From Ranitomeya imitator (taxonomy: Eukaryota), in the NCBI RefSeq assembly GCF_032444005.1, contig NC_091286.1, positions 218,302,001 to 218,366,000 of the forward strand: a DNA stretch of 64,000 nt, read 5' to 3'. The notes under the pieces are model-generated. The model was not told the DNA's origin. It made no database searches and saw only the letters and a program-made list of their open reading frames with translations. Both the position numbers and the translations under genes were made by a program. This document shows positions 1 through 10,749 of this stretch, in pieces. Position 1 is the first letter of the stretch, and every line of letters starts with the position of its first letter.

Positions 1-125
1 GTTTGATGGCTTGTGACTATCCATCATCCTCTTGATTACATTCCAGAGGTTTTCAATTGGGTTTAGGTCTGGAGATTGGGCTGCCCATGACAGGTTTTTG
101 ATGTGGTGGTCTCTTAATTTTTGCC
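1..125 (-). pseudogene. Tc1/mariner transposase C-terminal fragment
   Basis: Minus strand reads WQKLRDHHIKNLSWAAQSPDLNPIENLWNVIKRMMDSHKPS, the SPDLNPIE catalytic-E motif of DD34E transposases. Runs off the window start. Confidence 0.8.
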
Positions 126-569
126 AGAGCTGTAAATAGGTTTTCATACTTTAGGAAATATAGTACTTTCTTAAATTGTAATTTTAAACAGAATGGCATG
201 CGTATTTGTTCTATTGGTAATCTTTCATTTACCTTCCTGACTATATAATTTCTCCGTTTCTCCATGCAGGAACATGCTTTACAAAAATGTCATAACTTCC
301 AGCATGAACATAATGCCTGTGCTTGTTACATAAGGAAATTATGACATGCATGACATTTACACTCATTGGTTTAATGCCAGGAAGCTTTGTACTAAGTGTT
401 CTTCTTATAGAAGTCCTCATAACAAGCTTCTGAAATCTGTTCCTAGCAGATTGAGACATTTTCATGTATGGAATATATTTTTAACCAATTAACATAGCGT
501 ACCATATATTTTTTTTCTATTTCATATTTATTTATTTTGATTTCTTCTTTTTGTGCCTGATGATGCGGT

Positions 570-651
570 GAAAGTGTGAGCAGGCTGGAAGATGCAGCGA
601 CAGACAGGAGGCAGATCAAGGGTTAACAGGTTTTAATAAAACAAGGAGTTA
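570..651 (-). mobile_element. Gypsy element B: distal leader fragment left of the Harbinger insertion
   Basis: Matches 12395-12465 (gcaggctgg...gacagacaggaggcagatcaagggttaacaggttttaataaa.caaggagtta). Joins 5994 onward when the Harbinger and one TTA are removed. Confidence 0.8.
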
Positions 652-1208
652 GGCTGGTTTCACATTTGCGGTTGTGTACGCAGCGTTTCTACCGCAATTA
701 TCCACATGTGTCGTGTATTCTTATATTTAACATTAGGGACGCATGTGTCTGCGATCGGTTGCGTTTTGCCGTGTTTGATGACGCATGCGTCGTTTCGTCG
801 TCTGCGGTTTGGCGCGGTAAGCGCTACATGTAGTAATTTTAGAAGAGTCAATTTGCCGCCTAGAAACGTATGCAGTTGTTAGCGGAAAGAATGCGGCAAA
901 AAAACGCGTTACGGTCTTTGTGAACGCATGCGTTCGCAAGCACATGTGTTTGCTTGCGTTTGTAAACGCATGCGTTGCATTACAGGAAAACATGTCTAGA
1001 CACTGATTAGCCACCCCCCACATACAAACTGATAAAAGGAGCGAGTGGGCATTTACAGGTCACTATACAGCAGACTGGGAAGCAGACCAGACAGAGGAAA
1101 GCACCTTGGAGGAAACAAGAGTATATCAAAGCCAATGCCTTTATTTTCTATTTTCTGTCTCTATATGTCCTAATTTCTGCCATTTTTTTTCTTTCTGCAT
1201 GCATCAGA

Positions 1209-3590
1209 ATGTCATTATCTTCTGAGGAGGAGCAACGTCCTGGGCCTGCACAAGCCGAACATGTCAGTGAATTGAGTACTCACCTCCTCAGATTGGTAAG
1301 TATTCACCGTCACATCTACACATGTGACAATTTTGTTTTCCTTTCTTTAGAGCACTTCTTCCACTGCGGCAGAGGCTGAGCAGGAGCAGCGGGTTCACGG
1401 TCGGGTGGCAAGGCGGCAGCGTGTAAGTATACAAGTATACCTGGCTGACTGTTTATTGTATCCTCACTGTACTATTCTTAAATGTTCATTTCCTTACTTT
1501 CCTCTTTCTTTACCTTTTTCTTCTTGACTCCTTTTTTTTCTTGACTTTCAATATTCATGCCAGTTTTCAGTCTCTGTTTTCTTTCTTTTCCTTATGTTAA
1601 TCTCTCCAAAATTAATGTCTTTTTTTATTTTTTAGGTTCCAGAATGGGATGAGGACCTCATTGAAAATGACCTCCAAATCTCCCTGGTCCATGAGCGAGT
1701 CCCGTTGTGGGACACCCAAGTTCCGCGGCGCTGCACAGGACAACGTGACGATCCAGCGGCTATGGAATGAGGTGGCCAACGCGATATGGGATGGCTGGGA
1801 CAACGCCCCGACTCGGGTCCGAAATGCATTTTGTAAGTATTGCAATGCGGTGTCCTTGCAGTGACCTTGGCCGGGATCACACAACTGTGTGTGATGAGAA
1901 AAACTCTCAGGAATTTCTCTCATCACACACAGTTGTGTGATCACGGCCAAAAGTCCATTGTCTAACCATTATTTTATGTTTTTTCAACAGTGCTCAAAGT
2001 CAAAACACGTTGGCGTTCGATGAAGGATCGCTTCAACATGGACCTTCGTCAAGAGAGCCGGCTTCCTAGTGGTTCAGGTGCTAGGATCTGAAAATATAAA
2101 TACCAACGCATTCTGTCATTTTTGAGACCGGTCCTTGCCCAGAGAACGTAAGTATTTTTTTGGTGTATTAGGTTGTGTTGTATTGCCATTATCTGTATGT
2201 TTCTATTCCACAGGAGTTGGTGTTTTGTAAATGTTTGGTATTAATATTTTTTTCTTCTTTTTTTTACAGCAAATGGAGCAGCACTCTTGACCCAGGTTCT
2301 GGAGCGGTTCTTCATCAGACAGCCACGGACCCATCCCAGCCATCCAGCAGCGCTGCAGCAAGTCGACCTGTCACACAAACTGGAGACCAGGAAGCTAGTC
2401 CATCAGGTGTTCACCTTTCCCAGTCCTCTTCCCCTTTTTTTGAGGCTCTTCCCGGCAGCGGAAGAGGGTCTCGGACAGGTCACTCATGCCCGAGTTTTTG
2501 CACTTGAGCTTGGTCTTTCATGATGGACTCAAGGCGATGGGTGACCGACTAGATACTAGCCATTTGAATACACGTATCCAGAAGGTCACCAAAAGCATTG
2601 ACCAAGTAAAAGCTGACCTCCAGAGGCCAGCACATAATTTTTTTAATCAAATTAATCAGTGCATGTCGGAACACCTTACTCTGATCTCCAGCTTAGTGTC
2701 ATGCAGGCCTGCAATGCTGCTTACGTGCAGGCAATGCAGCAGAGTCGGTATTTTCAGCAGACAGTGGCGGCATATCCACCTGTGCCAACACTGTCACGCT
2801 TGACCTCAATGCCAAGCTCTGCTGCATACCACTGCACGGCCACCTCCATTCCAAGCACTGCCGGACACCACTACAGCACCACCACCATGCCGAGTGCTGT
2901 TGGACAGCCAAACGCCACCACCATGACAACTGCTGCTCCAGCTTGGACCTTGTCCACTGCCACCACCATGCAGCAGCAGGACCCTGGCATGGCCTTCCGC
3001 TCCACCACCACCACGATGCAGCAGGACCCAGACATGGCCTTCTGCTCCACCACCAAGATGCAGTAGGACCCTGGCATGGCCTTCCGCTCCACCACCACCA
3101 CGATGCAGCAGGACCCTGGCATGGCCTTCCCCTCCACCACCACCACCACGATGCAGCAGGTCCCTGGCATGGCCTTTCGCTCTACGAGCACAATGGACCC
3201 TGGCATGGCCTTTTACTCTACGAGCACAATGGAATCTGGCATGGCCTTCCGCTCTACGAGCATAATGGACTCTGCCATGGCTGTATGCTCTACGAGCACA
3301 ATGAACTCTGGCATGGCTGTGCGCTCTACGAGCACAATGCAGCAGCCGGACCCTGACAGGTCGCCCACCATGACCAGGCCGCAACAAATGAGCCCACTGA
3401 GGCTCCCCAGACCATGTAGATCCAAAAAAGGGAAAAAAATATCACCTCCCAATGTGTCTGTAATGTCAGGTTTGTCTCACCCTTCTATTGTGTCTCAGGC
3501 CTCTCATGTGTCAAGCCCCATCCCCGAACTCCCAAACCCCACTACTTTAATTGCCCCTTCTCCTGCCACCCCTGCGTCGTCCACACTTAA
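1209..3590 (+). pseudogene. Harbinger accessory MADF (Myb/SANT-like) + BESS-like DNA-binding protein, multi-exon, with stops and frameshifts
   Basis: GT-AG exons (~1209-1262, 1351-1422, 1636-1831, 1991-2147, 2268 onward) give LISLVHERVPLWD...LWNEVA...KVKTRWRSMKDRFN...KYKYQRILSFLRP (MADF). PAHNFFNQINQCMSEHLT..LQLSVMQAC is BESS-like. Premature stops near 2090 and 3064. Confidence 0.85.
2966..3345 (+). repeat. Coding minisatellite (~39-48-bp then 36-bp units) in the MADF gene
   Basis: Repeats encode QQDPGMAFRSTTTTM and DPGMAFYSTSTM. Unit-length changes keep the frame. Confidence 0.85.
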
Positions 3591-4315
3591 TGTTTGGTTA
3601 TTTGTGTATTTCGTCGCCGGCAGCAGACACCGTGAGCCTAATAAAACACTGCGCCGCACAGTATATTTTTTTGCCAACTCATAGGTCCAGTACTTATTAA
3701 GTACAACACTGCAGCTTTGCGTGTTTGGGTATAGAGCTATGAGGTGGCAAAAAAATATAACTTGTATTTTCTCCATAATCTCTTCAGTCTGATTAATCTG
3801 TGTCGCAGACTGAATACAAAGCAGAACTATACTTAACAGTTCATGTGTCATAAATAGTGAGTTCATGATGCACAAAACTCTGCGTCATGAACTCATTATA
3901 TATGACACCTGACCTGTTGAGTAGAGAACTGCCTTGTGTACGTAATCTATTTCACACAAACCAATGTAGGTCATACAAGGCATATCTATACTCACCTGGA
4001 CAGTTGTCAGAAATAATGAATTCATGAGGCTGTTATTTTTGCCTCATTAATTCATTATTTCTGACACTTGACTTGATGAGTGTAGATCTGCTTTTTATTA
4101 TACCTCCATCTTCTCTTTAGTCTGTGTCCAATAGATACTGCAGAACAGAATCTGGACGTAATGACGTCAAATACCTTTCCACTATCAACATAAGTGGTTT
4201 TTAGAGGAAATACATAGGAGACCCGGTCAAGATAGCAAAACATGAATTTTATTAACAAAAAATATTATTAACATTTAAAACATAACTGGTACAGGCCAAA
4301 ACTCAACAGGAAATT

Positions 4316-5661
4316 TTACACAATATTGTCTTGCCATGCCACACGTCCAATATCAGAATCAAAATAGGCAGCAAATAGGTCCTGCCTGTGGCCAACTTCA
4401 ACTGTTGACCATAGCGGGTGATGCTGGTAATCTGGCAATGGGTTTGCAACAGGTTCATCCAGTTCAATGTTGGGTTGCTCCTTAGCCATTATGTAATTGT
4501 GGAGAACCACGCAGGCTTTGACCACCTCATCGACTGTCTCCATTTTTAGTTTAATGGCTGTCACAAGAATGCGCCATTTTAAGATAAGAATCCCAAAGGT
4601 GCACTCCACTGTTCTTCGGTCCTGGTCAGTCTGTAGTTATAAATCAATTTAATGTGTGGTTCAAGTCCCGACTGGATTATGGCTTTAGTAGGTTTTCACA
4701 CATCTGAAAGGCCTCATCCCCAACCATAAGAAATGGCATCGGTGGGCCTTGAGTGTTGGGGAGAGGTCGTGGCAGTGGAAAATTAAAATTTCTTCCATAC
4801 ACACGTCAGCCCATATCTGAGTTCTTAAAAGTCTGTGAGTGATTCCCACGGCCAAAAGGAGCTTTTCCACAGCGATGAAGCAACAGTCCGCATCTGCTAT
4901 TGCCATGAGCACAACTGAAAAATATTTTTTGTAGTTGAAGTACTCCGATCCAGTTCTGGCGGGTTTGATAATGCATATGTGCTTTCCATCTACCGGTCCC
5001 AAACAGTTGGGGAAATCACACACACTCCAGAATTTTTCAGCAATGTCCTCCGTGGGTAGGGGTATAAACTCATCCTGGAGAACATTCCACAAAGCCCGGC
5101 AGGTGTCCGCAGCTATTCCCAACAGGATGGAAATCCCAAGCCGGTACTGAAAGTGGAGGGATGATAAGCTCTCTCGGGTTGCCAGAAATCTGAAATAAGA
5201 ATAAAAAAATAAATTTACAATCAATTGCATTTATGGTGGTGTTTAGCTAAAGACCTAAAGGAAAATACAAATACATGGCAGACCAACAATAACTATGACT
5301 GGCATTTGATTAGAATTATTACGTACCTTAATGTAACCAGGAGACGTTCCTCTGCTGGAATCACTCTACAGAGCTGGGTGTCCTGTCTCCAGATGGCTCC
5401 TTGGACACGACCAAGCAATTCCCGGAGAGAGTCTTGAGACTCGGGGAATTTGTCCGGGTTGGCATTAAGCTCACCGTATAGCGTGTGGTGGGCTCCACGG
5501 CTCTCCCAGAGTTCAATAATGGGGTGTCACCAAAAACGCCTTTGCCGTGTCCTTCTCGGTCGTTCTCTATTTCTTTGTTGCTCCCAAGCAAACGCACAGG
5601 CAAGAAAAAGCTTGATGCTTAAATCCAGGTTGAAATAAAAGCTCTCCATGTGAAGATCCAT
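4316..5661 (-). pseudogene. Harbinger (HARBI1-like) DDE transposase, 2 exons, disrupted
   Basis: ATG at 5661 (MDLHMESFYF...RRFW*HPII); intron ~5190-5326; FPNCLGPVDGKHI, LMVGDEAF (frameshifted) and VECTFGIL..KWRIL motifs; stop at 4316. Confidence 0.92.
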
Positions 5662-5993
5662 CATGACACATGATACAGTAGCAAACTGTGAAGATTTCAG
5701 CAGTCCAAGGGTCTATATATAGATATCCCATAATACACGCCCACTGTAGTCCCATTGGCAGTGTCTGGTTATCTAGATTTTTCTCCTGTTGAATGTTTCA
5801 CCATGCGTACAAAAAATGCAAACGCATGCAAAACGCATGGAAAAGCTTGAAAACGCAGCATTTTTTAAACGCATGCGTTAACGTATGCATCTAAAAAACA
5901 CTGCGTTTGTACACGTTTCAAAGCGTTTTTTCCTTCATTCGCGGTTGCGGATTAAATGCTGCGGATTCTAACGCAAATGTGAAACTAGCCTTA

Positions 5994-6964
5994 CTCCACG
6001 CAGGGAGATAGGAAAAACATGAGGTAAAATGCAGGCAGAAAAAGAAATACAGGGGTTTGGTTAGGGGAAAATCAACGCAGGAAAAACAAAGAAAGTCGTT
6101 CTTAAAGAAGTCACTTATCCATCGTGCGTCTTCATCACAGAAACGACCCTGGAGTAAATAATGGCACCAAAGGCCGTTGGCACAATGTGGATCTAGTGTG
6201 GTACTGAAGAAAGCGATGATACGTTCCCAGCTGGCAACGGTGAGTCTTTAAAACGTCCTGTGGAGTCCTCAGTAAGGAGACTATGTGAATCCTCAGTAAG
6301 GAGCGGCAATGTATAGGCCACAGTCCTGTGAAAATTAAGCAAAGCTCGATGAATATGCATTGGGGATTCAGGAAGCGGTACCCGGTCCACGTCTCAGTCT
6401 CTGTCAGGAGGCACACACGCAGCACTGACTGTTATAGAGCGATTGGCACCTCGATGTCTCGAAGCCAACCTGCCACGGCGGGTTTCTCATCAGAGTCTCT
6501 GTGGTAGGTTTCTCTCATGGCCGAGCCCACATCTACACTCCTAAAGGTCCCTGAAGTTGGAGCTCTCACTCTCCTCAGCCTCGCACTGCGCCTTCCTGCC
6601 AACTCTGTCAGTTCCAGCATGCTGCGCTGCCCCAGGTGATCCTTAGCCACGCCCCCTGTCAGCCCATAGAAAGATTGATCCGGTTGCCTAAACTTTCCCC
6701 GGACAACAGAGGAGACAGCCCTGACAGTTCCAGACCCAGCACAAGAAAAACACCCCCAGCCCGGTTTCTCTTCTTACACTCCTCCTCTCTTTTCGCTTGC
6801 CATTCCACGGGCGAGAGTTCTTGTAATAAGCATTGACATTCTTCCATTTTCTGGATGGCTCGCTTCCAAATAAATTTATCTTCATGGTATAGGTTGCGGG
6901 GATATTCTGGCAGTCACAGTTCATGGGGAGGATACCTTTATCATCCCTTCCACTCACACCAATT
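5994..6964 (-). mobile_element. Gypsy element B: PBS and long leader
   Basis: Homologous to the element A leader 12466-13090. TGG-initiated PBS-like sequence (tggtgtgagtgg) 3 nt after the LTR end at 6965. Confidence 0.75.
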
Positions 6965-8162
6965 TGTCACGAACCGGGGTTGTTTGGTTGCTGCTGGTTC
7001 TTTCTGAAGGGGATTTATCTATATCCCACTTCCCAGTTCCAGTTTGCAACTTGCTGCTCTCTGGCGCCCTCCTTATCCTAAGGTCAGACCAGGTACTACA
7101 CCTAGGATAATAATTCGCCAGAAAGGCTGCCTTTCTTTGTACTAGCGAATTGGCACACTGCAGGGAGGGCGATCTAACAACTCCCACTCAGGCGGGAACA
7201 ATAATTATCAATGCCGCAGGTCTCTACAAAGCCTCCCAATTGCACAGGACACAGCTGCCACCAGCTCCAATTTCTTAATTATTAACAGGTCCATAGCTAA
7301 CCCATATTAGTAGCGTAATTCACTTCAGAGGACGTGACCTTATGTTATAGAGCAAGGAGAGACAAGCTAGTAAATTTTATATTTTACTCCAAAAAAGTAG
7401 GCAGTGTTTACAGAGGTACAAAAAGATATTATAAAGAAAACAATTATCATATGTACAATACAGTGCTGTGGGGGAAGGGCGAGCATATATTCAGATGCAT
7501 CACCCCTGTCTTTCAGCAGGACCCCAGACAAAGACACGTGAAGACTGGTGCTTTACTCACTTATTTCCTAGCCTAAAACCAAAGCGCTCCCCCTGGGGTG
7601 ACCTCACTTAGAGGCTGAAACCTCCCCTTTACTTAGAGTTATGGCAAAGATTTTTATGTCTAGCTCGCTGTATGACTCTCGTATACGAAAGACACAATGA
7701 TCAGGATGTGCCTCACATCAGGGGGATTCTTTTAAGTCTAAACACGGTGTAATTATATGACCCACTTATGGAGAAACACGCTCTTTGCACTCATCGGGTT
7801 TAGCTTCTAGCGATTTCAGGGAGTTATAGCTCCCTCAATGGACATCCGGAATATATAATTCTTATATCTCTAACCCTGATCGGTGCCAATAGACATAACC
7901 TTCGGAGAACAATAGAATCTCATGCTTTCTGTACCAGTTTTAACCAGTACCAGGTGGGAAGGGGAATGAGAAGGATAGGGAGACTTGTCTGCTGCAGCAT
8001 AGAGCCATATAAATTCTTGAGGGAGAGGGGAAATGAGGGGTTTGATTACACACTCAGGCAGAGTGGGAAGATGGGGGTCAGAAAAGCCCACAGCGTGGGT
8101 CTGAAAAGCCATGGAACTTTTAAGTAGATACTCAAACATGGCATATTCACATTATCGTGACA
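6965..8162 (-). mobile_element. LTR (~1.2 kb), 5' LTR of Gypsy element B
   Basis: Inverted termini tgtcacga...tcgtgaca (TG...CA), followed on the minus strand by a PBS-like TGG. Confidence 0.7.
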
Positions 8163-10749
8163 CGGGCTGTTCCACGTTCAGTGCATCGTAAGTCAGATTG
8201 AGTAAAGGAATCTTCGGTGGTAGAGTCAGGAAGAACAGGCAAAGATGGGGATGCGCCCAAAAGCAGTGGAACAGCCAATTTAGGAGCTTCATCCCCCTGT
8301 TCCTCTTCGGGGAAAGCATGGGGTAATTCTAGAAATTTTTCTTCATCAGAATCGACAGCTACAGGTGGAAACCATTTAGGGGTACTTGGTGATTCTTCTA
8401 CTTGGTCAGGATCCATTGAGAGGCATGGATGTAGCATGTTCCGATGTACCACTCAAGTGGGGTGTCTTCTTTACCTTCAAGCTGAATCTCATAAACTGGA
8501 CCTTCAGAGCTGGTCTTTTGCTTCACCCGGTACGGGGTCTTCTCCAACTTGCCTAGGGGATGTTTATCTTGAACTAGCACATGATCTCCAACCTTGAGAG
8601 CTGTCCCTTGTAGAGGAGTTATCTCCAAGTGTTCCAGCTCCCGAAACTTGGTCTGCACAAGTCGATGTAGTGTTTGCAAACAGTGATGATGTTCTCGGAC
8701 CCAGGTAGACACCCCCGTCCGTGGGTAGTCCTCCTCTGGGTCCATCTCCAGCTCAGTGATTTCTCATCCTGGTCAGCCGAATAGCAGGGTGTAGGGTGTG
8801 TACCCAGTGGTACGATGTACTTGATTATTGTACACACAAGCCAGTTTAGCTACAAACTCAGGCCAGCGTACTTTTCTGTCTTCCTATAATGTCCTCAACA
8901 TCTGGATCAAGGTTCAATTGAACCATTCACAGGCTCCATTTCGCTAGGGGTGATAAGGCATTGTCCGGGATTTCTCAATTTGGTACATGCAATGTAGTTC
9001 TTCACCCCTGAAAGCAGGCACCTTGATCAGAGTGAATTCTCTTCGGACAGCCATAAACTTGGATGAAATCCCTACAAATAGCCTGAGCCGCTGATTCAGC
9101 AGTCTGATCCTAGGTTGGAGTTACCACTGCAAATTTAGTGAAGTAGTCTGTCACCACCAATGTTCGTATCCACGATGGGCTGGGCCTATAGTTAGATAAT
9201 CTATCATGAGTACCTCCAGGGGAGCAGAAATCACAATGGTTTGTGTGGGAGCTCTCTGATCAGAAGGTTTCGCTAACTCTCAACTCCTACACTGCCGACC
9301 GGCTTCCTCTACAGCGGCTTTCAATCAAGGATAGTAAACTACCTATTGTAGCCACTGAAATGTCTTCTCTTGTCAAAAGTGAGCACCTCTTTCATTGTCC
9401 TCCGTGGCCACCTTGTGGAGCAATGTTTCGGGGAGCACCACTTGCTAAGTGATCCCCAGCTCTCGACTTAGCCGAATCTTTCGATACAACAAACTATTGG
9501 AGTTTTTCCCACTGTCGAAGGAGTTCCTGAAGACAGGGCGTGTCTCTCTTCTTTATGGGGAAGCTGTTTGAGGGCCACCCACTGTCTTATTTGAGTGAGT
9601 TCTCCATCTTACTGTTGGATTCATAACCAATCATCACGGGATCGCCTCAGGGTGCATTTTCGGAGTGACGTCTGCATTTTTCCCTGCGTAGCCACCATCG
9701 TCCTGGCGGAGTGTCGGAACTCAAGGATTTCTTCAGCGTCCAGTTCTTCATCCCTGTTGGGGCCAGGTCGCTCTTATGTCACTGTGGATAAAGCGTCTGC
9801 GTGAGTGTCCTCAGCTCCTTTCCGACACTGCTCCAGAGCCCCTAATTTCACATTCTCCAGGTGGGCTAAAGGATTGTCGGTGCACAGTAGAATTTCAGAC
9901 CCCGACAGATATTCAGCTACTTCACTTTTGGGTGGAAGCTTGATATTGTCGTCTCTGAGATTAACACATCGCACTGGAACATTTCCATCCTGGACAGTGG
10001 CTAGCGTCCATGCAACAAGAAGCCCTAGAGGTAGCTGTTCCATAAAAGCTGGTTCTATCTAAACTTCAACACCTTCCTGGGGCATACAGCCGTGGATGGG
10101 CACGGTTTGACCTGGTGGTAAGATAATGTTGGTTGCGGCTGGAACGATTACTTTTCCCAAAGATTTTCCGTCACTCGAGATCTCTTGGGCCTGCGCCACC
10201 CTGATCAATTGCTGAAGCACCCTCCTTTGGGGAGTGCGAGGGCTCCATTGCTTTAAAAACACGTCTGACGTCTCGTTAATCAGAAGATTTCCGAGTTCTT
10301 TTAGCACATTCATCCCTAGAGTCACAGTTGAGCCATTGCCAGAGTCTCCTGTGGTCAACACGACTCCTTTCCGATCCACATTCTTACCGCACATGGTGAT
10401 CTGCATCCAGACTACCCCTGCGACTGGGATGGGCAACTTGATTAGCAGCAGTTAACTTGATCACTGGGCCCCATTCAGGCCGCATCATCTTGGGGAAATG
10501 TTTTCTGAAGTATGACTCCGGCACCGGGGTTACTTGAGAGCTGGTGTCAACTAAACAGAATGGCCCGACCATCCATATCGGCCCATACGAGGGGACATGA
10601 GGAAACTAAACTTGTGGGACTTTTAACTCTCCTTACTGACTGTTCAGGCAACAGGCGGTGTCCCCCAGCCACGGAACCCCCTAATTTAACGGTTGACATT
10701 GAAGGGGTCGCCCCCGCTGACACATCCCCGAGCCAGGTGTCCAGGTTCC

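Larger units (their letters stand above)
652..5990. mobile_element. Complete PIF/Harbinger DNA transposon (5339 bp), decayed
   Basis: 19-bp TIRs ggctggtttcacatttgcg / rc ggctagtttcacatttgcg (1 mismatch); TTA TSD at 649-651 and 5991-5993; subterminal ACGCATGCGT palindromes; convergent MADF and DDE transposase genes. Confidence 0.95.

Noticed and set aside
241-465. 74-aa ORF as continuation of the Tc1 transposase
   Set aside because: Spacing to the SPDLNPIE motif is too long for DD34E and no QQDN motif is present.
562-590. CTGATGA...GAAA hammerhead-like string
   Set aside because: The 6 nt between the motifs (tgcggt) cannot form helix II, and no helix I or III is evident.
2806-3452. Overlapping His/Gly-rich and antisense ORFs
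   Set aside because: Alternative-frame products of the coding minisatellite in the MADF gene.
6961-6980. Assigning the element B PBS to a specific tRNA (resembles Leu)
   Set aside because: Only a partial match to TGGTGTCAGAAGTGGGAT; cannot be assigned without a tRNA search.
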